Shown here piece after piece: positions 26,236 through 32,000 of a stretch of 32,000 bases of DNA. The DNA comes from Acidimicrobiales bacterium (GTDB lineage Bacteria > Actinomycetota > Acidimicrobiia > Acidimicrobiales > Salinilacustritrichaceae). The stretch covers positions 1,503 to 33,502 of the forward strand of contig DASTYO010000154.1 in the NCBI GenBank assembly GCA_035764875.1, written 5' to 3'. The notes beneath the pieces were generated by a model. It did not search any database. It was not told the DNA's origin and worked only from the letters and a program-made list of their open reading frames with translations. The translations under genes and the position numbers were made by a program. Numbering within the stretch: position 1 is the stretch's first letter; the number at the start of each line of letters is the position of its first letter.

Positions 26236-27596
26236 CGATCACCGATCAGCTCCGAGAGGTCGCTCGCCGAGCCAACGAGAACCCGATCACGGCCGACGAG
26301 GTCCTGCGCCGGACGTCGCGTGTGGTCGCCGACCAGGCGGAGGCCCGGCTTCGGGATCCGGCCGGACGCCGAGGTCGGGCGTGGCTGGTCGCAGCTGCGG
26401 CGGTGGTCGTCTCGGCAGCGATCGTCGCGTCCGCCCTGGGCTCCGAGACGGATCGCGGCGCCGAGACCGCGACCGTCGCTCCCTCCACCACACGGCCCGA
26501 GGTCGCTCCCGCACGGCTCGCCATCCGACCCGGCTCCATCGCGTTCGCGGCCGATGCGGGCGCTGGACCGTCGCTGACGACCCCGCTGGAGTTCGCGAAG
26601 GTGGAGACCGAGCCGCAGCCCATGGACGTCTACATCACGCGCGAGGGTGAACCGACTCGGCGGTTGACCTCGAGCGAGGCACACGAGCGCTGCCCTGCGT
26701 TCTCCCCCGACGGGCGGTGGCTGGCCTACGTGGCCAGGAGCTCGAGCGGTGCTGCGTCGATCATCGTCCTGGATGTCGCCGGCGCCAGGGTCGCGGACGA
26801 TCCAGCGCTCCGCGTGGACCTCCCGCCGGGTCCGTACGGGGTGAGGAGGGCGATCGGCTCGCCGTGTCCCGAGTGGTCACCCGACAGCAGCCACCTCGCC
26901 TACCTGGCCTACACGATCAACTCCGAGACCATCCCGATCGGCCGGAAGCCGGACCTCGCCGAGCTGCGGGTCACGACGCTCGATGGGCAGGAGCGCGAGC
27001 TCACCGTCGGACGTCCCGCCCGGGGGTCGGCGCCGTTCGCATGGTCAGCGGAGGGCGATGAGATCGCCTACGTGAACGACGACGGCGTGTGGGCGGCCCA
27101 CCTGGACGGGACCCCGCCATCGCTGCTCTGGCGCCCGGCCGAGCTCCCCATGGGCGTGGCGTGGTCGTCGAGCGGCGACCTGGCGGTCACCATGTGGACG
27201 CACGCAGTCCACGTGCTGCGCGCGGGTGGGAGCACCGAGGTGGTGCCCGGGGTGATCCACGAGTACGACGGCGTCGCCGACTGGTCACCGGACGGCTCCC
27301 GGCTCGCCTTCGTGGATGCCGATGGCTCGATCGTCGTGAGCGACCGTGACGGGGACGGCGCGGCGACGCGGATGCGACCACCGAGCGTGGACGACCAGCT
27401 GGTCGACGTCTGGGACGTCGCGTGGAGCCCTGACGGGACGCGTCTGCTCGGCTTGGCGAGGTCCCCCTCGGACGGCTTCACCTTGATCTCGCTGGCGCCC
27501 GACGGTTCCGAGGCGGAGGCGCTCACGCCGTGGACCTGGGGGCTCGACCGGATCAACCTGCGCGACGTCTCGTGGCAACCGGATCACGGCGGCTGA
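26232..27596 (+). CDS. single-pass membrane protein with extracytoplasmic TolB-like (PD40/WD40-like) beta-propeller; candidate anti-sigma/sensor
   Basis: GTGA overlap with the sigma gene. TM helix AWLVAAAAVVVSAAIVASAL at about aa 50-70. Repeated FSPDGRWLAY, WSPDSSHLAY, WSPDGSRLAF and WSPDGTRLL blades. Confidence 0.85.
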   Translation: MTITDQLREVARRANENPITADEVLRRTSRVVADQAEARLRDPAGRRGRAWLVAAAAVVVSAAIVASALGSETDRGAETATVAPSTTRPEVAPARLAIRPGSIAFAADAGAGPSLTTPLEFAKVETEPQPMDVYITREGEPTRRLTSSEAHERCPAFSPDGRWLAYVARSSSGAASIIVLDVAGARVADDPALRVDLPPGPYGVRRAIGSPCPEWSPDSSHLAYLAYTINSETIPIGRKPDLAELRVTTLDGQERELTVGRPARGSAPFAWSAEGDEIAYVNDDGVWAAHLDGTPPSLLWRPAELPMGVAWSSSGDLAVTMWTHAVHVLRAGGSTEVVPGVIHEYDGVADWSPDGSRLAFVDADGSIVVSDRDGDGAATRMRPPSVDDQLVDVWDVAWSPDGTRLLGLARSPSDGFTLISLAPDGSEAEALTPWTWGLDRINLRDVSWQPDHGG

Positions 27597-27626
27597 CCAG
27601 ACCTCCCAGGGGCGCCAGCACAGGAC

Positions 27627-28073
27627 ATGGATCTGCCCGCAGGCTGCCGATCCGACGAGGTGCCTGCTTCCGGCTCCGACAGCGCAGCGCCGCGTCGGCC
27701 GTCGTACGCTCGGGCACCGTCCCGACACCCGGCGGTGCCCGTGTCCCCTCGAACCCACGCAACCGGCGAGCCCGACCGTCGCCGCCCCCCGGTGCGGACC
27801 CTGCACCAGCCCGTGGGTCCGGCGCGCCTGCACGCCACCATCGCCGGGCGGGCGGTGCTCGAGGAGGCGGAGGTCGTGGAGCTCACCGACCGCACGCTGG
27901 TCGTGGAGGTGCGCGACGCCATGCTCGCCCTCGCCCTGAGCGTCGCCCACGAGGTGCAGGTCACGGTCGACCTCGGCGGTGGCGAGGCCACGCTGGTCGC
28001 CGAGCCCGGTCGTCGGGCGACGGACAACCCCACGTCGCGCCAGGTCGAGCTGGTGCTGCGCGAGCGGCGCTGA
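27627..28073 (+). CDS. hypothetical protein, possibly degenerate PilZ-like
   Basis: The 3' two-thirds (from about GTG 27792) have near-uniform G/C third positions; the 5' third is markedly less biased, so the true start is uncertain. It contains RRPPVR (RxxxR-like), then ELTDRTLVVEV where PilZ has (D/N)xSxxG. Confidence 0.5.
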   Translation: MDLPAGCRSDEVPASGSDSAAPRRPSYARAPSRHPAVPVSPRTHATGEPDRRRPPVRTLHQPVGPARLHATIAGRAVLEEAEVVELTDRTLVVEVRDAMLALALSVAHEVQVTVDLGGGEATLVAEPGRRATDNPTSRQVELVLRERR

Positions 28074-28104
28074 CCGGCTCGCCCGGCACCTACAGTCCGA
28101 CCCC

Positions 28105-29022
28105 ATGCCCGACGCCACCTCCGCCGACCCGAGCACGTACGACGAGCTGGGCCTGTTCCACGAGAACGCCGCCGAGGCGGGGCTCGAGTGGCACGGCCCG
28201 CCCACCGTCGAGCGGGTGTCGGTCGACCTCGGCGCCGACCGCCACCTGAGCGCCCTGCGGTGGGGGTCCGGCGACCCCGAGGTCGTGCTGCTCCACGGCG
28301 GTGGCCAGAACGCCCACACCTGGGACACCGTCGCGCTGGCGCTCGACCGTCCGCTCGTGGCCATCGACCTGCCCGGCCACGGCCACAGCGGCGACGTCGA
28401 CGCCACCCGCCCGGTCGGGCCGCGCTCGTTCGCCGAGGACGTGGCCGTGGCGGTCGGCGAGCTGGCGCCGGGAGCCACCGGGGTGGTCGGGATGTCGCTC
28501 GGCGGGCTCACCGCCATGCAGCTCGCCGTCGTGGCCCCGCACCTCGTGCGTCGCCTCGTCATGGTCGACGTCACGCCGGGCGCCGACCGCGAGAAGGCGT
28601 CCGACGTCGTCGCCTTCCTCGCCGGACCCGAGTCGTTCGAGAGCTTCGACGAGATCCTCGAACGCACGGTGGCGTTCAACCCCACGCGCAGCGAGTCGTC
28701 CCTGCGGCGGGGGATCCTCCACAACGCCGTGCAGCGCGACGACGGGCGGTGGGTGTGGCGCCACCAGCGCACCCGCCTGGCCGAGGGCCAGCAGGCCGAC
28801 ATCGACTTCGCCGGCATGTGGGACGACCTCGCCACCATCCAGGTGCCGATCATGCTCGTCCTCGGCGACCGCTCACCGGTGGTCGACGAGGCGGATCGGG
28901 CGATGTTCGCCGAGCGCCAGCCCACGGCCGAGGTCCTCACGGTCGCCGACGCCGGCCACTCCATCCAGGGCGACCAGCCCCTGGTGCTCGCCGAGCACCT
29001 CGCCCGCTTCCTCACCGGCTGA
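28105..29022 (+). CDS. alpha/beta hydrolase
   Basis: VVLLHGGGQNAHTWD, nucleophile elbow GMSLGG, C-terminal ADAGHSIQGDQP catalytic His block. Confidence 0.9.
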   Translation: MPDATSADPSTYDELGLFHENAAEAGLEWHGPPTVERVSVDLGADRHLSALRWGSGDPEVVLLHGGGQNAHTWDTVALALDRPLVAIDLPGHGHSGDVDATRPVGPRSFAEDVAVAVGELAPGATGVVGMSLGGLTAMQLAVVAPHLVRRLVMVDVTPGADREKASDVVAFLAGPESFESFDEILERTVAFNPTRSESSLRRGILHNAVQRDDGRWVWRHQRTRLAEGQQADIDFAGMWDDLATIQVPIMLVLGDRSPVVDEADRAMFAERQPTAEVLTVADAGHSIQGDQPLVLAEHLARFLTG

Positions 29023-29052
29023 TCCTTCCGGCACCACCTCCGCCGGTCGCCC

Positions 29053-29080
29053 ACCGGCGGGAGTGCCCCCAGAACGGGGA
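29053..29080 (+). repeat. 28-nt direct repeat, copy 1 (ACCGGCGGGAGTGCCCCCAGAACGGGGA)
   Basis: Read base by base: identical to 29117-29144. It sits in the 126-nt gap after the alpha/beta hydrolase stop. An upstream arm CCGCCGGT (29040-29047) is complementary to its first 8 nt. Confidence 0.95.
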
Positions 29081-29116
29081 GGGGCCGGCTTCTGGCACCA
29101 GGTTTCCCGGTCATCG

Positions 29117-29144
29117 ACCGGCGGGAGTGCCCCCAGAACGGGGA
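29117..29144 (+). repeat. 28-nt direct repeat, copy 2
   Basis: Perfect copy, offset 64 nt from copy 1. It ends 4 nt before GTG 29149. Its 3' GGGGA plus the following AGG form the only SD-like purine run for that gene. Confidence 0.95.
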
Positions 29145-29148
29145 AGGC

Positions 29149-30360
29149 GTGCTCCATCATGGGGCGGTGCGCCGCGCCCTCGCCGCCGCGATCCTCGGGA
29201 TCAGCCTCTGGCTCGGGTCCCTGGCGTGGACCGGCTTCATCCTCACCCGCACGGTGCTCGACCCCGACCGGTCCCGGCAGGTCGCCGAGGACCTGTACGA
29301 GGACGAGGCGGTGCGCGACCAGCTGGTCGAGAACATCGCCGACGGCGTCGAGGCCGCCCTGCCGCCCGGCACCGTGCCCCGAGCAACGGTCGAGGCGGGC
29401 GCCCGCCAGACCCTGGAGTCGCCGGCGGTGGAGGCGCTCTTCGTCGACGCGTTCGTGCAGACCCACGCCGCGCTCCTCGGCGAGGGCGAGGCGCCGGAAG
29501 CCCTGGACGCCGGCGCCTTCGGGTCGGCGGCGCGGGAGTCGCTGGTGGCCGCCCACCCCGAGCTCGCGCCGTTCCTGCCCGAGGCGCCGCAGCTGGCGAT
29601 CCCCCTGCCCACCGAGCGGGTGCCCGACCTCGGTCCCGTGCGCGACGTGGTGGTGGCCGCGGTGCCCGTGCTGGCCCTGCTGTCGGCGGCGGGGGCGCTG
29701 CTCGCCCTGCTCGTGACCTCGAACCGGCCCGCGGTGGTCCGCCGGGCCGGCGTGTGGGCCATGGGGCTCGCCGCGGTGGTGCTCGCGTTCGCCTACGGCG
29801 TGCCGGCGCTGGTCCGCGAGCTGGCGCCCGACCAGGCCGAGGTCGTGGCGGCCCTGGTCGGCGCCATGGCCGCCTCGACGCGGGTCCCCGCCCTCGTCCT
29901 CGGGGCCACGGGGCTGGCCGGGGTGGTGCTGTCCGCGGTGTGGCGGGCCGCGCCGGCGCGCTCCCCCTCGCCGCCTCCGCCGCCGGTGACCTCGCCCCCG
30001 CGGCGCCGGCGGGCGGCAGGTGGCTCGCCGCCGCTGCCCCCGAGGAGGCAGCGCCAGGACCTCGAGCGCCCACCTCGGGGTGCGCCCCGTCCCCGCTCAC
30101 CTCGCTCGGCGCCGGCCCCGGCGGCGGGCGGACGCAGCGGGCCCGTCGAGGCGCCGACGCGGGTGCAGCCGGCGCCCCCACGGCAACCGCCGACGGCATC
30201 GCCGAGGCCATCGGCAGGCACGCCGGACGTGACGAGGATCGAACTGCCCGGCCGGCGGTGGGTCGACGGCGTGGGCTGGGTGGTCGACACGTCGGTGGGG
30301 GAGATCCCCGCCGACGCGCGGTGGGTTCCCGGCGTGGGTTACGTGGTGGGGGAGCCCTGA
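29149..30360 (+). CDS. membrane protein with Pro/Arg-rich linker and duplicated C-terminal W-V-x-G-V-G-(W/Y)-V-V motif
   Basis: N-terminal TM (AAAILGISLWLGSLAWTGFIL), three more hydrophobic helices around aa 165-260, then a ~110-aa P/R/S/A-rich tract, ending RRWVDGVGWVVD...ARWVPGVGYVVGEP. The start (GTG 29149 or GTG 29167) is uncertain. Confidence 0.7.
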   Translation: MLHHGAVRRALAAAILGISLWLGSLAWTGFILTRTVLDPDRSRQVAEDLYEDEAVRDQLVENIADGVEAALPPGTVPRATVEAGARQTLESPAVEALFVDAFVQTHAALLGEGEAPEALDAGAFGSAARESLVAAHPELAPFLPEAPQLAIPLPTERVPDLGPVRDVVVAAVPVLALLSAAGALLALLVTSNRPAVVRRAGVWAMGLAAVVLAFAYGVPALVRELAPDQAEVVAALVGAMAASTRVPALVLGATGLAGVVLSAVWRAAPARSPSPPPPPVTSPPRRRRAAGGSPPLPPRRQRQDLERPPRGAPRPRSPRSAPAPAAGGRSGPVEAPTRVQPAPPRQPPTASPRPSAGTPDVTRIELPGRRWVDGVGWVVDTSVGEIPADARWVPGVGYVVGEP

Positions 30361-31625
30361 GCGCTGCGCCGGTGCCCGTTGGACTCGTGCACGTGCTGGC
30401 CGGCCTGCCCGCGCGCCACGTTGAGGAAGCGCTCGATGCCCGCCACGGCTGCCTTGGTGCGGGTGCTGGCGAACACGTCGAAGGCGTGCTGGGCGCCGGG
30501 GTACTCGACGTAGACGACCGGGCTGCGGGACTCGGCGCGCAGCATGTCGACCATCGAGCGGGCCTGGGCGATCGGCACGAGGCTGTCGTTGGTGCCGTGC
30601 AGCAGCATCATCGGCACCGCGTCGGCGCTGATGTGCGACATCGGTGAGGCCTTCTCGTACACCGCGGTCGCCGAGTCGTACGGCTGCTTCACCACCCGAT
30701 CGACCAGCAGGTCGAGCAGGTCGTCGCGCCCGGTGCCGTCGCGGTTCGTCCAGTCGTACACGCCGTAGAAGGGGACGGCGGCCTGCACGGCCGTGTCGGC
30801 GTCCTCGAAGCCGGGCTGGAACTCCGGCTCGTTGGGCGTGAGCGCGGCCAGCGCGCACAGGTGGCCGCCCGCCGACCCGCCGGTGAGGGCCAGCCAGCTC
30901 GGGTCGCCGCCGTGGTCGGCGATGTTGTCCTTCACCCAGGCGAGCGCCCGCTTGAGGTCGACGATGTGGTCGGGCCACGTGGCCCGCGGGCTGAGCCGGT
31001 AGGTGACCGACACGCACACCCACCCGCGCTCGGCGAGGTGCGCCATCAGCGGGTAGGCCTGGCCCTCCTTGTCGCCGAGGACCCACGCGCCGCCGTGGAC
31101 CTGCACGATGACCGGGGCGCCGGCGTCGGCCGGCAGGTCCGGCCGCTTCCACACGTCGAGGGTGGTGCGCTTCCCGAACTCGCCGTACTGGATGTGGCCG
31201 CCGTCGACGTAGCGCCGGCGCACCGCGCGGGTGGGGTACGTGGGCAGCTTCGTGGTGGTTGCCTCGGCGGGCGACTCCGCCATGCGCTGGCGGTAGTCGG
31301 CACCCAGCTGGTCGACCAGGGCCCGCTCGACGATGTCCTCGGCGTCGGCGGCCTGCTGGTGGGTCCGCCAGAGGGCGGCGATCGACCCGGCGGTGAGGGC
31401 GAGGCCGAGCTTCCCCGCCGCGCTGCGGTGCGTGCCCCGGGCGAGGGCGACGGCGGCCGAGGCGGCGTGGGCGACCATGTGCTCGCGGGGCAGCTCGGAT
31501 CCGGGGAGCCCGAACATGAACGACGGGACGGAGGCCGGTCCGCTGCGGGCGAACGGAGCCCGGGCGTTGGCGGCGTGGAGCGCCCGGAGCGTGCTGGTCA
31601 GCAGGTACTTGGTGCCTCGTTCCAT
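30339..31625 (-). CDS. alpha/beta hydrolase fold-3 esterase/lipase (HGGx-type)
   Basis: VHGGAWVLGD oxyanion block, GGSAGG nucleophile elbow, and HGTNDSLVP / GAQHAFD C-terminal blocks. The 3' end overlaps the convergent gene by 22 nt. Confidence 0.9.
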   Translation of the reverse strand: MERGTKYLLTSTLRALHAANARAPFARSGPASVPSFMFGLPGSELPREHMVAHAASAAVALARGTHRSAAGKLGLALTAGSIAALWRTHQQAADAEDIVERALVDQLGADYRQRMAESPAEATTTKLPTYPTRAVRRRYVDGGHIQYGEFGKRTTLDVWKRPDLPADAGAPVIVQVHGGAWVLGDKEGQAYPLMAHLAERGWVCVSVTYRLSPRATWPDHIVDLKRALAWVKDNIADHGGDPSWLALTGGSAGGHLCALAALTPNEPEFQPGFEDADTAVQAAVPFYGVYDWTNRDGTGRDDLLDLLVDRVVKQPYDSATAVYEKASPMSHISADAVPMMLLHGTNDSLVPIAQARSMVDMLRAESRSPVVYVEYPGAQHAFDVFASTRTKAAVAGIERFLNVARGQAGQHVHESNGHRRSAQGSPTT

Positions 31626-31646
31626 GGCGCAAACCTTCGCATCCCG

Positions 31647-32000
31647 TCAGTCGGTGCCGCCAGCGCCTGCGGCCCGGCTCGGCGCCACCCGGGGCGGCTC
31701 GTGGGGCATCTTCGGGTACACGGGCGGCCACGGAGCATCGAGGAGGCCGGCGTCGCGGTCGGCCGCCGACCGCGCCAGCAGGGGGTCGAGGCGCTGCTCG
31801 CACGCGTCGATGCCCTCCCACGGGTCCCCGTGCTCGGCCAGGCGCGCCGGCACCGTCTCGATGGTGAGGTTGCTCGGGTGGATGGCATCGAGCTCGTCCC
31901 ACCGGAACGGCGTGCTCACCTGCGCGCCTGCCCTCGCCCGGACCGACCAGGCGCCGAACACCGTCTTGTGGGGGGCGTTCTGGTTGAAGTCGACGAAGAC
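31647..32000 (-). CDS. LigD polymerase (primase-polymerase) domain protein, C-terminal part (5' end outside window)
   Basis: The frame is open to the window edge. VFVDFNQNAPHKTVFGAWSVRARAGAQVSTPFRWDELDAI...LTIETVPARLAEHGDPW matches the conserved C-terminal blocks of NHEJ LigD Pol domains. Confidence 0.8.
   Translation of the reverse strand, partial: VFVDFNQNAPHKTVFGAWSVRARAGAQVSTPFRWDELDAIHPSNLTIETVPARLAEHGDPWEGIDACEQRLDPLLARSAADRDAGLLDAPWPPVYPKMPHEPPRVAPSRAAGAGGTD

Noticed and set aside
29053-29144. Minimal CRISPR array (28-nt repeat, 36-nt spacer, 28-nt repeat)
   Set aside because: The geometry is CRISPR-like, but there are only two copies and no cas genes in the window. The sequence 5' of each copy is also partially homologous (16/25), which indicates a 64-bp tandem duplication rather than repeat-spacer structure. 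Copy 2 also doubles as the RBS region of a gene. A genome-wide search for the 28-mer would settle it.
29020-29151. Stop-codon readthrough or selenocysteine at TGA 29020-29022, fusing the alpha/beta hydrolase to the downstream membrane protein
   Set aside because: The two genes are in the same frame with no intervening stop, and a hairpin lies 18 nt after the TGA. However, the hydrolase ends at a normal family C-terminus. The intervening 42 codons are the non-coding-looking repeat region, where the repeat copies fall in different frames. No Sec machinery is evident either. It is most likely coincidence.
28188-31902. ORFs 28188-30647(+) 819 aa, 27285-29114(-) 609 aa and 30097-31902(-) 601 aa
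   Set aside because: These are frame-shifted or antisense shadows of the two alpha/beta hydrolases and the Pro-rich membrane protein. Their composition is extreme R/G/P/A and they have no motifs.
1-32000. tRNA, rRNA, transposase/integrase, prophage or toxin-antitoxin modules
   Set aside because: No intergenic gap is large enough or has tRNA-like structure. No ORF shows DDE, tyrosine- or serine-recombinase, or phage structural motifs. The absence is judged by eye only and should be confirmed with tRNAscan/Infernal and HMM searches.

Overview
Very GC-rich, densely coding chromosomal window with actinobacterial-type gene content. I call about 31 protein-coding genes. I saw no rRNA or tRNA, no transposase, integrase or phage genes, and no convincing CRISPR array. 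All homology calls are by-eye motif recognition on the translated ORFs; no database search was run. Left to right: the 3' end of lgt, translationally coupled to a CBS-pair/ABC1(UbiB)-kinase fusion; an amidase-signature amidase; a LAL-type regulator (AAA+ NTPase, helical repeats, LuxR HTH) followed by a small secreted His-rich protein; pirin; an acidic helical protein with ExxH motifs, divergent from a UPF0104/YbhN-type membrane protein; DUF1330, divergent from an alternative-oxidase (AOX-type di-iron) gene; hrpA; a His-box fatty-acid hydroxylase; and a patatin plus amphi-Trp pair. The centrepiece is a nine-gene, start/stop-overlapped operon (18154-25089) encoding a Group 3b-type NAD(P)-linked [NiFe]-hydrogenase (beta, gamma, small and large subunits, endopeptidase, HypC). 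It also carries three non-canonical members: a stand-alone cNMP-binding-domain protein wedged between beta and gamma, an EamA/DMT permease, and a 260-aa uncharacterised protein whose C-terminal third looks like an internalised HypC domain. After that come yqeY; an ECF sigma factor plus a membrane-anchored beta-propeller; a degenerate PilZ-like ORF; two alpha/beta hydrolases flanking a Pro-rich membrane protein, whose leader carries a 64-bp tandem duplication with a perfectly conserved 28-nt core; and the 3' part of a LigD polymerase-domain gene. The best novelty candidates are the hydrogenase-operon passengers, the 28-nt repeat element, and the LAL regulator/secreted His-rich protein pair.
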